Source: Heteronotia binoei (Eukaryota). From it: 64,000 nt of DNA. The stretch lies in NCBI RefSeq assembly GCF_032191835.1, contig NC_083227.1, positions 43,152,001-43,216,000 of the forward strand, in the 5' to 3' direction. Positions 48,062 to 61,137 of the stretch are shown one piece after another; position 1 is the stretch's first letter, and every line of letters begins with the position of its first letter. The notes beneath the pieces were generated by a model that was not told where the DNA came from, searched no databases, and saw only the letters and a program-made list of their open reading frames with translations. The position numbers and the translations under genes are program-made.

Positions 48062-49615
48062 GAATAATAGAATCACAAAGTTTCGAAGGGGCCATACAGG
48101 CCATCTAGCCCATCCCCCTGCTCAGTGCAGGATCAGCCTAGAGCAGGGGTGTCAAACATGCAGTTCAGAGGCCGAATCAGGCCCCCAGAGGGCTCCTATC
48201 AGGCCCCCGAGCAACTGGCTGTCATCTGCTTCCTTCTCCCTATATCTTGCTTCCTTCTGCATAACAGCTAGCTTTGCAAGGCTTGCTCAACTGCACAGGA
48301 ACTAAAGAGCCAAACCTCTGTTTTCTCCATTGGCTGAGGCTCCTCCTTTGGGGAGGAAGGCGGGGAGGAATAGCTTGCTTTGCCAGGCTCTGTCAATTGC
48401 ACAGCAGAGCTACTGAGACAAGCCTCTCTTCCTTTTATTGGCTGAGGCTCCTCCCCCTCCTGGTTCCCTGGGGAAGGAAGGAAAGAGCCAGAGCTTCCTT
48501 TCCCCAGCTCCCTGGATCCCATGGGAGAGCTACAAAGAAAGCATAGAATCATAGAGTTGGAAGGGACCTCTAGGGTCATCTAGTCCAACCCCCTGCACAA
48601 TGCAGGAAACTCACAAACACCTCCCCCTAAATTCACAGGATCTTCATCGCTGTCAGATAGCCATCTAGCCTCTGTTTAAAAACCTCCAAGGAAGGAGAGC
48701 CCACCATCTCCCGAGGAGGCCTGTTCCACTGAGGAATCGCTCTAACGGTCAGGAAGTTCTTCCTAATGTTGAGCTGGAAACTCTTTTGATTTAATTCAAC
48801 CCACTGGTTCTGGTCCTACCTTCCAGGGCCACAGAAAACAATTCCATACCATCCTCTATATGACAACCCTTCAAGTACTTGAAGATGGTGATCATATCAC
48901 CTCTCAGCCGCCTCCTCTCCAGGCTAAACATCCCCAGTTCCTTCAACCTTTCCTCATAGGACTTGGTCTCCAGACCCCTCACCATCTTTGTCGCCCTCCT
49001 CTGGACCCGTTCCAGCTTGTCTATATCCTTCTTAAAATGTGGTGCCCAAAACTGAACACAATACTCCAGGTGAGGTCTTACCAGAGCAGAGTAAAGTGAT
49101 ACCATCACATCACGTGATCTGGACACTATACTTCTTTTGATACATCTTTAAGACCAATGAGCATTAATGTTTTAAGCATGTTTTAAGTTTTTATAAATAT
49201 ATATTTGTGTTTGTCTGTTTTTTTTAATATAATGTATACCTTTGCTACCTAATCTTAAATAGGTACACACATGGCCCGGCCTGACATGGCTCGGCCCAAC
49301 CCGACATGGCCCGGCCCAACAAGGTTACTTTTATGTCAGATCTGGCCCTCATAACAAATGAGTTTGATACCCCTAGGCTAGAGCATCCCTGACACATGTT
49401 TGTCCAGCTGTTACTTAAAGACTGCCAGTGAGGCCAAGCTCACCACCCCCTAGGTAGCTGATTCCACTGTTGAACAAGTCTTTCTGTCAAAAATGGTTTT
49501 CCTAATATCCAGCCGCTACCTTTCCACCCTTAATTTAAACCCATGATTGCGAGTCCTCTTCTCCGCTGCCAACAGGAACAGCTCCCTGCTCTCCTCTAAG
49601 TGACAACCCTTCAAA
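48062..49615 (-). mobile_element. CR1 3' fragment split by a hAT element (48144-49375) that itself carries a CR1 (48545-49144)
   Basis: hAT TSD GCCTAGAG / GGCTAGAG; inner CR1 encodes [34 protein letters not shown]. Confidence 0.85.
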
Positions 49616-50112
49616 CACATATAGGCGGAGGTCAGACGCACATAAACTGACAAGATGGGCATGGATGAAAGCCAGATGCATGTCGGATTTTATGCATTGT
49701 CCAAACATCAGCATCTGGCAATGGTCGTTGGCTCGTTCGTGTCCTGAACTGCCACGACTGAGACACGGACTTTTTTGATAGTACATTAAATCCAGAATAA
49801 GAATGCTTCCGACGACTCCTGCGCGTACTTTCTATGTTTGAATGCTCCATTGTAGCCGACTTGTCACAAGTGCACATCCGCTTCCCTGTGAGAGCCCACT
49901 CCAAATGATATCATTGAGCCAGCAATTGTTGACTCAGCCTTCCAACCTTCCGAGATCGGTAAAATATGTACCCAGCTTGCTGGGGAGGAAAGTGTAATGA
50001 CCAGGGAAGGCAATGGCAAACCACCCCGTAAAAGGTCTGCCGTGAAAACTTTGTGAAAGCAGCATCACCCCAGAGTCGAAAACGACTGGTGCTTGCACAG
50101 GGGACCTTTCCT

Positions 50113-50510
50113 AAATGGGGCGGGAGGCAGATCGCCCACCTTTGCTGTCTCCCTGCCAGGGGAGGAAGATGACCCACCTTTGCTGTCTCCCCGCCAGGCG
50201 GAGAGACAGCAAAGAGAGTTGCCGTGCTCCCCCCCCCCATTTAAACACCACGTCGGGGTGTTTAAATGGGGGGGGGGAAGATGACCCACCTCTGCTGTCT
50301 CCCCGCCAGGCGGAGAGACAGCAAAGAGAGTTGCCGTGCTCCCCTCCCCATTTAAACACCACGTTGGGGTGTTTAAATGGGGGGAGAGGAAGATGACCCA
50401 CCTTTGCTGTCTCCCTGCCAGGCGGAGAGACAGCAAAGAGAACTCCTGGGCTTCCCCTTTCTTTCTGGGTGTTTAAATGGGGGGGGGGGCAGATCGCCCA
50501 CCTTTTCTGG
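50113..50510. repeat. 112-bp tandem repeat made of two palindromes per unit
   Basis: Units start at 50168, 50280 and 50392. Confidence 0.85.
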
Positions 50511-51691
50511 CACCTTTTTAAAAAAAGAGCCAAGTACGATATCCCAGGTACTGCGCTTGCGCGAGTGAGCAATGCCATCTCAAAAAATGAGGTCTGGTTG
50601 AGACCTCTGATTAACCAACAACTGGACCAATGCTGCTTAGAACTGAAGGATGGAGGGATGTCTGATCAGGAAATTTGTTGTAAAAAAACTGCAGGATATA
50701 ATAGCGACGGGTTAGGGATGGATTTAATGGTGAGTCTGACCACAGCCTACAGAGAGCAATCATGTTCCCCCTCAACCTCCTCTTCTTCAGACTGAACTTT
50801 CCCAAGTCCCTCAGTCTTTCCTCCCAGGGCTTGGTCTCCAGGTTCTCATGTTTACAGAATGTCTTTGGATCTCCATTCCCACTGCTCTGCCAATGACCAC
50901 AGGGCCGCCTAGGAGAGATATGACTGGATATTCCATCTTAGAAATAGCTTCAATAAGGTAAGGTACATAGCAGGACAGGTCCTGGCAGCTGTCAGTGCAG
51001 TCCTCAAGAGGATTCTACCTTTCTAAAAGTCCACAGAAATCAATGAACTTAGAAGGGCAGAACTCTGTTGTGGATTGCACTGCATCATCTATGAAGAGAT
51101 CCCATCCAATTGCCACAAGAAGCTTCACAAGTTTGGCAATATCCCACCGGTATTTCTTCAGCTTCAGTCTCTCCCCCATCTCTTCTGTAAAACGGGGATA
51201 AAGATGCCTTCTCTCTAAAAGGCTGTTAGAAAGGACACGGCAGGCTTGCTCCTGCTGTCTAGGAGGGGCTGCAAACCTACAAGGCAATGCATTTTTCTCT
51301 AGGGGATGGAGAGCATTGCTCATCATTTCACAGGAACCTTTAGCCTCTTCCCAAGGGCTGGAAATTATTAATCCAAGCAGGGTGACATCCTTCCAGAGAT
51401 AGGGCCCAGAATCTCTCCAAACAGTGCTAGGACGGCAGGGGGGAAGAATCCCCTCCGCAGAGGAGCAAGGAGGCTTCTTTGGCAGCCCCGGTTGCGTGCC
51501 AGGCAACTGCAGCAGCGGAGGAATGCAGCCCAGCGAGTCTAGTTAGGCTGGGGCAGGGCAGAGCACCACGTCCTGCCTGAGAGAAGGAGGGGAGGAGACT
51601 CGCCTGCAGCTGCCTGGCCTAGGTGCGCTGAGATCTGCCTGTTTAGCAAAAAGCCATGTTCCAGCCCAGCTGAGCTCCAGCCTGGCAGTCC

Positions 51692-51808
51692 ATGGGGAGC
51701 CCCACTTGGCCCAGGGCCCTGTTGCTGCTGCTCCCCACCGCTTTCATGCTGACCTGTTTGCCTGCTGCACCCAGGACCCACCTGCCTCTCGACCTCACCA
51801 CCAACTTT
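51692..51808 (+). CDS. IL17RE: IL17RE exon 1 (signal peptide)
   Basis: MGSPTWPRALLLLLPTAFMLTCLPAAPRTHLPLDLTTNF|gtaagg; hydrophobic signal peptide; syntenic position downstream of JAGN1. Confidence 0.75.
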
Positions 51809-54317
51809 GTAAGGAACCTGGCTTTGGGGGACGGTGGAAGCTGGGGGAAGGGCTGGGAAGGAGAGACGGATATCGGACCTTGTTGTGGAGGAGGGGAGTG
51901 GGTGGAAAGCTTGAGCACTGAGTCATGAGAAGGATGGACATGGGGGGGGGGGCAAGCTGTGCATTAAGCAACCTTCAGGAGGCAATTCTTAAACTGCAGA
52001 GGCTCAGGCAGGCTGATTGCTGTTGGGGATGAGTGGGATGAGGAAAGGTCAGCCTGCTGGGCTCAGCTGTCTCCCAAGCGGGTTACTGTTTGGGCAGCTT
52101 TGGAAATGGCTTGGGGGAGGCCTGCGTGCTTCGACTCTGGCTCCGTTGTGCACAGCCATGGCACTCAGAGAACTGAGGGTTGTGCATGGGTGGAGAAAGA
52201 ATGTAGTGTGCTTAGTATTCCCGTGAGTCCATTACCAATGTTGGCAGAGCAGCGCAGCAGATATGGGGACAGTGCAGGGCATGCCAGTCCCCGAGGAGGG
52301 TTGTGGGGCATATGATGCAGGTGTCTGTTTACCGAAGCTGAGTCCGGTAGCCAGCAGTGCTGGAAAGGGAGGCCGCCTGTCGATGCCTCCATATCTTAGA
52401 AAAGTGGGTTATAAAAATGCAATAATGTAAACAAGGCGGCACGCAATCGTTGGCAGCTGGGCCTTTGCCTTGGCTCTCTTGCTGCTCCGTTAATAATTCT
52501 CACCTCCCTTGAACGACAGGGCTTTGCTTGATGCTCAGCCCCAGGTGTATTTTGAGCACCGGGGTTCAGCCAGGAGCATGAGAAGCAATAATAGTGAAGA
52601 GAAGCTCTTTGGAAGCCTCTTCCCTTCTATGCTGAGTTACCACAGCCTTCAGATCCAGGATACCATGCCAGGGCTTCAATGCAGTGCCAGAGTAAACCCT
52701 GTGGAGGCCCCTAGGTAGTCAAAATCTCGGGGGCCCCCTTGCAAATTAGAGTTGGAGCGCCTGCCCTGCTGCCCGTGGCCCCCACTGCATCCTGCAGGTA
52801 CCTTCTCAAAAGCCCCTTTGACAAAGCTGTGGGAGAGAGGCAAACCTGGCAACATCGCCAGCAGAGGCCGCACGAGGCAAGTTGGGCAAAGAGCGGCTCA
52901 GTTGCTGGCTGTGTGTGCAGGCTGGGAGGGCTGCAAGCAGGGAGAAAACTGGGGGCAGGGAGCTGGCCTGAAGCCCCTAAAGGTGTGGGGTCCCATAGGC
53001 CAGTGCCTAATTGGCCTAATTGTTAATATGGCCCTGCTTCAATGAAAAGGATTTGATTTCTGGGCAGACTCTTCTGAAAAGAACCAAAGCAGAGGCTGAC
53101 TTCAAACGGCAACTCTCTTCCTTCCTTCTTTGGCACTTACACCCTGTTCCCCCTGCCTCTGTCTCACAACGCTTGAGATGCCATCCTCATTCCTGCAAAT
53201 GCCTATCACGTGTGAGAATGAATGCTCTCCAATACCACCCATGGAATTCATTTCCAAGGGTAGCCACGCTAGTCTGCAGTAAAACAGACTCCAGTCCCAT
53301 AGCGCCTTAGAGACCAACAAGAAATTTAGGGTCAAGGCTCTTGTCTGTTTCTATTTTCTCACAGAGGTAATTGTTATATGTGGCAAGTCCCTGTGGTGTT
53401 TTCATTGGCAATGCGAATGCAGAGGCATGGGAAGCCATCTCCAGCTTCCTGCAAATGACGCAGAACTGAATCATTCAAGAGGGCTTTTCTATGCACGGTT
53501 CTAAATGATTCACAAAGTGACTTGGAAAAATTATTAAGGATTCATCTGTCAGTTGTGCTGACTCACTCTGTGTAATCTGCCGGGGTCCAAGTGAGAAAGG
53601 TGGACTAGAAATAATGCCAATAATAAAATAAACGAAATAGTTCACAGCAGCCACCAGTGGTCCATATGGGGTGATTTTTCTCATTATGTCCTTGGGTTGC
53701 CATTCACCTCCCCACAAGCAGCAGGCTTTTTCATGGCATCTTTTTGAAAACTCACTAATCAATACACTGCTATAGCATTATACCTGCTAACTGGTTAAAA
53801 TAGAAAGCTGGCCCAATACATTGCTTTGGCAGGGGGAGGCAAATGGCAGGTGCAAAGGGGTGGGAGGAAACGTCACCAAGTGTGGGCAGGGAGGTCAGAA
53901 CATCTGCACATACCCATCCACAGGGTGGCCAGATGATCCTCTCTGACCATCAGGACAGATGACATCAAAGCTGGTTCTGGAAAATGAGCAGCGAGGCGAG
54001 GGGAAATGTAGAAGATAGACAATGGCATGAGAATATTGTGTGGAAGCAAAAAAACAAACAAACACTGCCGTTTGAGAGGGGAGCACATGGAGCAAAACCT
54101 CTGTTGGAAGCAACCTTTTGTACTGATTGCTGGTGTGTATGAAACTTGCAGCTTGTACAGGAGTTTAGCTGCCAAAGGGACACATTTGGACGATGTCAGA
54201 ACCATCTATTTCATGTGGGAAATTTTGACCCATGGGAAGTGACATGATGTGGCAATGAAACATGACACAAGAAATTTAAAATCTGCTCCAGTATCTTCCC
54301 TGGGATAGAGATCAGAC

Positions 54318-54450
54318 CGACTGGCCTGTAGCTTCCTGGGTCATCCCTCTTCTCTTTTTTGAAAATTTGAGTCTGGTGGCCACTGTGTGACAGAGTGTTG
54401 GACTGGATGGGCCATTGGCCTGATCCAACATGGCTTCCCTTATGTTCTTA
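54318..54450 (+). mobile_element. CR1 3' end fragment
   Basis: GGCCACTGTGTGACAGAGTGTTGGACTGGATGGGCCATTGGCCTGATCCAACATGGC..TTATGTTCTTA. Confidence 0.8.
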
Positions 54451-57010
54451 TGAGAGGGACCCTCAAAAGCAGCCATTTTCTCCAGAAGAACTGATCTCTC
54501 TGGTCTGGAGATCAGTTGTGTTGTGTCTTGCATTTTGGTTCCTGAATTTACAACACAGCGCGACCACGTACATTACAAATTATAATCCCAGGAGATAAAA
54601 TGATGATGATGATTTCCAGGCCCCACTTGGAGGTTGGCAACCCTAGGGGATGAGGCTTTCAGACTGTAATTTTCCCTTTCTGTACAGTACTGTCACAGGT
54701 AGGGCACAGCTCCCTGATCTCATTGTTTTCCATGGCAATGGGTATCTGCTCCATGCCCCCTCTATCTGGACTTCAGTGAAGCTAACAAAATTGAGAGAAT
54801 GAGTTGGAGATTTTCCTGTAATCCCTTCAACAGGTTCCCCCCACACCCATTATCAATTTAATATTACTAGAGTTCAGAAAGGGAGTACTGAGAAGAAAAT
54901 GGTAGGGGAGGGGCAAGCGGGTAATGCAGAAGCTGAGGTAACACCCTGTCAGATAGTCCTCAGACAAATCTTGGCAGGCCTGTGTCACTCTAATCTTCTT
55001 CTGGAAATCTAGGCCAGCGCCTGGGTCGGGTAGGCCAACGAAGATTGTTGTTGACCTACTGAGCAAGGTGACATTAAAATGAGAGAAGCAAGAACTTCTG
55101 AATGATGTAAAGTGTGTTCTCTGAAACAGGGAAAGATTTCTGAAACGCAGATTGCTTCCAATGGAGATGGGTCCCTCTTGTGCTCTGATTGGTGCTTCCC
55201 TCCTTGATATCTTTTCAATACATGCCATTTCCCCCCCCCCCTCACCATCAGAGTCATTTTCCACAGCTTTGGGGCAGGGGGAGGGATCAGTAGTTAGTGT
55301 ATCGCTACAGTGTTGTGATGCTATAGCAGTTTTAAGATGCTAGCAAAAACTTTCCAGTGTTGTTGTTGTTGTTCAATCACACAGTCAAGTCCGACTCTTT
55401 GCTACCCCATGGGCAAAATGGCTGATATGAGCTACACAGTAATCTGCTCATTCCCTTTGGGCCCAAAACAGCCACTGTCACATGAACTCTCATGCCCTAA
55501 AGACTGCTTAACCAGCTCATGCTACCTCAATGTAGGTTCTGCTCTATTAGTGGCAGCACTTTCCTGCTATTATCAACTGCACAAATTACCAACTGCACAA
55601 ATTACCAACTGCACAAACAAAAATTTTCAGTCACTCTCAAGTCTGCTGAACTTCTGCTTGTCTTGCAGCTGTTAAAGGCTTGGGGGTGGGAATAGCAACT
55701 ATCCTAACCTGATCAATATTATTATTAGCAGTAATTAGCTATTGTAGATTCAAAAACACACAACCTTTTGACTCCCCTCCCCCCTCTCTTCTCACTGTTC
55801 TGAATAGCCTGAGTCTGGCCCAAGCTCATGTGAGCGTAGGAGCTAAGCAGGATCAAAAATGGTCAGTACTTGGATGAGAGACCCACCAAAGAGGATGGGG
55901 GTTGCTCCCTGGAAGCAGGCAAGAGCACACCCGCAACTGCGGTCACACATGCTAAATAATGACATTTCAATCCACTTCAGAAACTTTGAGAGAGGATTTT
56001 GCCATTGCATGCAGCAAAATCCAGTTGGGAAGTGCCTTGAAAATGGATTGAAAGTGCATTATTTAGCATGTGTGACTGTGAACCTCTTGCTTTCAGCATC
56101 CCAGGGATGCAGTGACCCATGAATTGGTTGCAACTTGACAGCGCATTCTCTTTCTCATGCAAGAAATTGCTTTAGACTAATAGATGTGTGCAAGATAGAA
56201 AAAAAGAGTGCTTGCCTATAATGCAAATGTTAAGGCTAGTTTGCAATAAGTTTTTCCCCTTTCACAGTGAGCAGAGCGTCTAGGTAAGGAAGATTTAGGA
56301 ACTGTTCTGACAACCTCATGAGTGATTCAGGAGGGGAGAACGCAGATTCCCTCTAAATTTCCCTCTTGTTCACCTCTCTGTTCAGTTTCTCCACCCTTCT
56401 GCTGCAGACGCACATGTCTGATTGCATAACCTGGCAGCGATAACTCACCACCCGCTGCTAGTTTTTCAGAGGCGTTATTGCTGAAGCCTTTCACAATCAG
56501 AGATGCACTTCTAAACATGGCAGCGTGGGGTGCAGTTATTGCCCTCATAAGCACAGAGGATACCACATCTGAAGTCGCAATGGGTATGCATCTGAATCCA
56601 CCCACAGTTACAAAGGGGGCTATAGCATGCTTCTCGATTACTACTTTCAGGCAGTCAGAATTGCTTGTAGGGAGCTAGGTGGAGAGTCTTACAAAACTTG
56701 GTGCTTTTTTCCCTCTCCTTTTTTTCAAACCGCAAATGACTAATATCAGGATGTGTGGGCAAGTGAGCTGCTATCTTGGGTGGGTCTAAAAACCAACTCT
56801 TCTTTTTCATCCACACTGAGTATAGCAGATGCCTATGGTTCTCATGGTCACAAACCAGGAAAGAGTGGTAAATCAGGGACTTGCAGACATTTGAGTGCAT
56901 GTTCCCTTCAGGCGTTTTAGATACTCCTGTCCTACGGCAGCAGTTAAGAGTTAGGGAGGGACCTGGATTCCACTTCTCTTACTAACAGTCTCCCTCTCTT
57001 TTTCTTACAG

Positions 57011-57026
57011 GCCTGCAGAGCTAAAG
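57011..57026 (+). CDS. IL17RE: IL17RE exon 2 (16-nt micro-exon)
   Basis: branch point ACTAAC, polypyrimidine tract, cttacag|GCCTGCAGAGCTAAAG|gtgagt; ACRAK; links phase 0 exon 1 to phase 1 exon 3. Confidence 0.7.
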
Positions 57027-57375
57027 GTGAGTAAACAATATGCACCCATTTGCCAGTAGCTGGAGCTGATTGTGGGAAGAAGAGAGCAATTCAGGGGAAA
57101 GATTTTGAAAGTGCTGAACTCAGGAATGTTGCCTGGCGAATGCTGGAAGGACGCTGCATCATCACATAAATTGAGCAAAAGCCCATTTGTACAACTGGGC
57201 AAGCTTTTACTGACCTTTGCTACTTCAGACCAAAGCACAAGAGGTACATATTTGAACATGTCTAGCTTGGGGGTGGGGTGGGGGGTTGCTGGAGATCTCC
57301 TTCTGTCACACAACAGATCTCCAGGCCGCTTTGGAAGATGGACTTTATGGCATTATATACCCCACTGAAGACCTG

Positions 57376-58041
57376 TGTTCCCTCTAAACTGCAGTCTTGT
57401 GAGCACAAATTCTACTTTGTGAGCTACCAGCATTAAAGTTGTGAGCTACTGCATAAAATAGTGTGCTCTGGGGCAGTATTCCCTCTAAGCTGAGTTAGAG
57501 TGAGCTAGCTCACAGATTTTTAGCCTCCAGTTTACACAATTTTGTCTTAGCTCAGGAAAAATGGCCCCAGAGCACAATAATTTATGCTGTAGCTTCCAAC
57601 CTTAATCCCTGTAGTTCACAACTTTAATGCTAGTAGCTCACAAAGTAGAATTTTTGCTCACAAGACTCTGCAGTTTAGAGGGAACATTGGTCTGGGGTCA
57701 TCCTTCCTGAGCTAAGACAAAAATGTGTGAGCTGGAGGCTAAAAATCTGTGAGCTAGTGTTATGTATTGGGCCTTGCCTGCCCAATACATAGCAGTTAGC
57801 TCATGTTAACTCAGCTTAGAGGGAACACTGTTGAAGACCCTCCCCTCCAATGTTCCCTCTAAGCTGCAGAATCCTGTGAGCAAAAATTCTACTTTGTGAG
57901 CTACTAGCATTAAAGTTGTGAGCTACTACATAAATTAGTGCACTCTGGGATCATCCTTCCTGAGCTAAGACAAAAATGTGTAAGCTTGAGGGTAAAAATC
58001 TGTGAGCTAGCTCATGCTAACTCAGCTTAGAGGGAACACTG
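57376..58041. mobile_element. Cluster of hAT MITEs (CAGTGTTCCCTCTAAG TIR), one nested in a sibling
   Basis: Inner copy 57474-57689 with TSD CTCTGGGG / GTCTGGGG; other copies at ~37117-37309, 46175-46360 and 57850-58041. Confidence 0.8.
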
Positions 58042-59108
58042 CTCTCCTCCCCAAACCCCACCCTTCTCAGGCTCCATCCCCAAAATCTCCTAGTATTTCC
58101 CAACCCAGAGCTGGCAAGCCTAGTATGCAGGAAGTACTTTGAACAGGGGGAGCATTACAATATGCAACTCTCCATTTGCAGCAGGATGTGGTATGGGCAG
58201 GGGAAAACTTTATTACTTGATCCTGGGGGCTGAATACACACGTGCAACAGAAAGAGATCCCATCTTCTGTGTTCTTCATTTCAAAGCAGCCATGCTGGGG
58301 ACTGTGGTGCTGGAGAGAGGGTCTAATGATCCCTTCTACTTTAGTTGTTGCCTTGAGAGAAACCAAGCTCCTTTAAGCTGCATTAGCCCATGGCTCTTTC
58401 CCACTTAGGGTTACCAACCTCTGTGTGGGATCTGGAGATTTCCTGGAATTACAACCAATTTTCAGACAGCAGAGATCAGTTCCACTGGAGAAAATGGCTG
58501 TGTTGGAGGGTCCATAGTATGGTATACCATTGAGTCTAGGAGAAACTGAAGTCCCTTCCTAGGAACCACCCCAAATCCTCCAGGAATTTCCCAATGCAGA
58601 TTTGCCAACCCTTAGGGTTGCCGGGGAGCCCCTGGCCATCAGCAGGGGATGGGGGTAGGTTTGCCAGATCCAGGTTGGGAAACTCCTGGAGATTTGGGGA
58701 TGGAGCCTGGGGAGAGCAGGGATCTCATTGGGGTACAGTGCCACAGAGTCCACCCTCCAAAGCATCCATTTTCTCCAGGGGAACTGATTTCAGTACTCTG
58801 GAAATGAGCTGTAATTCTGGGGAATCCCACTTGGAGGCTGGTATGCAGACCCATAGTGAGGGGGTGGGCCTGAGAGTTACTGGCCCTACCAATTAAATCT
58901 CTTTGAAACCATTACAGCCCCTCCGCCTTTCAGTCCCCACACCTTGCAAGAGATGTTTTGCATGTGTTTGAAGCTGCTTTGCAAAGACAATAAACTTGTC
59001 TATGGTGCAATAAACACATGCTAAAGAAATATAATCCTTATCTATAAGCTTTGAAGGCCAGAGGCTCAATCTTGAGTCAATATGAAAAAGGGAGGGGACC
59101 TACAGTGT

Positions 59109-59367
59109 GACCGATTTCTCACTTACCTTATGCCGCTCTCACGCTCCTCAGCGGGCTTTCTATCCGATTTCACACTATCTGCCCTGGGGCTGCAACTAGC
59201 TTCGCCTTTTGCACGAGGCAAACATAAACCTCTAAAAACCAGTTTCTGTTTGCCGCACAAAAAAGGTGGAGCGAGTTGCAGCTCCTGGGCAGATAGTATG
59301 AAATCAGACGGAAGCCCCACTGAGAAGAGGAGTGTGAGAGCGGTGTAAGGCGAGTGGGAAATCGGTC
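59109..59367. mobile_element. PIF/Harbinger-like palindromic MITE, sibling of 26514
   Basis: TIR GACCGATTTCTCACT / AGTGGGAAATCGGTC; 3-bp TSD TGT. Confidence 0.78.
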
Positions 59368-61137
59368 TGTCAGTTGCCAGCTGACTGGAGGAACATAATA
59401 CAGACCAAAATTTTTTACTTGTTTTCATTATATCTGTAATGGTTAGTGCCTTAAATGAAAATCCTGGTTGTGTGCCCCCTCCCAATGAAAAATTCTGTCT
59501 ATAGGCCTGCTGGCATGTCTAGCAATAGCAACTCTGCAAGTACCTAAATTAATTGCAGTTTAAGAGGGAGCTATTTCTCCTTGGAGAGTGCTTTGTATCC
59601 TGCCCCTGTTGCCTCCATCTAACTTCCCTGCCTGGTTGGCTGCTTCTGATGTGATCCCAGATATCCAGGAGCTTGACTAAAAATTCTGCCTTGAGATTAA
59701 GCTGGACAAGTACTGTGTTCCAGAGAGGCATTAGGGGGCACTGTGCTGCTATAACTGTAAAGATCACAGTTCTAAGAGCTGCATGGCTTTCCCATTCAGT
59801 AGGAGAAATGGTATCCAGGCTTTTAAAACAAAATCCAGTACTGGAGAGTGAATGACAACATGATCCCATACGTGTTTACTGGAAAGTAAATCCCACTGTG
59901 GGATTGTAAGTAAACTTGCCCAGGGAGTTGCAAAACTGGGAGCTGGGTTGGATCCATGAAAATGCAGATTTACTTAGTGCAGCTCGTTTTGCTCAAGGGA
60001 CATGCTCAGGGGATAGCACAAGATCTTTTGCAACACCTCCCACTATTGTTCCTCTACTTTACCTTAGTCACATGCCACATTTGTTGTTCATGTTTAAGGT
60101 TATGCACGTCTTTTATTTCCTTGATCAACAGCAGATTATGTCAGGGCGCACTGGTGCATTAAGCAGCAATTACATAACTTCCATCAATCACACAGACAAA
60201 CAATTACACCTCCAAAACATGTCAAGGAGCTGGATGGCGGGTCAGTAAATTGATGCTGGTTGTTAGTGCCTTCTTCTTATGAGTTGTTGTTCATGTCCTC
60301 TTGGCAGTAAAAGGGCAGCCCAGGGCTCCTCCTTTGGGGTTGCCAATTTCCAGGTGGTGGCTTGAGATCTCCCGGAATTACAACTGATTTCCAGGTGACA
60401 GAAATCAGTTCCCCAGGAGAAAATGGCCGCTTTAGAAGGTGAACATTATGGCATGATATCCCACTGAGGCCCGTCCCATTTCCAAACCCCGCCCTCCCAG
60501 GCTCAACCTCCCAAATCCCTGCGTATTTCCCAGCCCACAGCTGGCAGCCCTATGTGGAACTCCAGTTTGTTTGCAGGCAAGGAGGGGCAAATGTGTTAGC
60601 AGGGCAGTTTCCAGTGGCCACTGAACTTATTAGCCAATTGAAACAATGTACGCTGCAGTGCAAATGAGGATTCAAAATGACATTCCTTTATCTGGCATGA
60701 GCATCCCACTGCACTGCCCTGCACTGCACAGGAAGGGGGTGTCATTGTTGTCTCAGCATCCGTTCAAAAATGATAATTGCTTCTGACTTGAAGTCAACTT
60801 TGACATGCTCTGAGGATCAAACTGTAGGATGGGATGAGATGCTGATGATCTGTGCACCCACTCTTGGTATTATCAATTACCTTTTTTTTCTCACTCTCCT
60901 CCAGGGAATTTGTCAGTTTAAACACCTTGCCTAATCTGATTTTCCTTCACAATTATTCTGTGGCTGAGGAAGGATTTGAACACAGAGCTCTCTAGTCCGT
61001 GCTCGGTAGCGGTGGGACTGTGGCTCAGTGGCAGAGCATCTGCTTTGCATGTAGAAGGTCCCATTTGCAAGGGCCAAGTAATAGGAGATAGGAAAGCCCT
61101 CTGTTTGTGACCATGGGGAAGTGAGATAGATTCAGAT

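Noticed and set aside
50113-50510. CRISPR-like array
   Set aside because: Eukaryotic context, and the units are fully repeated with no unique spacers
24410-51691. CIDEC or another host gene between JAGN1 and IL17RE
   Set aside because: No CIDE-domain peptide or recognisable spliced exon chain found; the region is dominated by TEs
54827-56605. Minus-strand ORFs (145 aa and 92 aa) as exons of a gene nested in IL17RE intron 1
   Set aside because: No recognisable domain and no consistent splice phases
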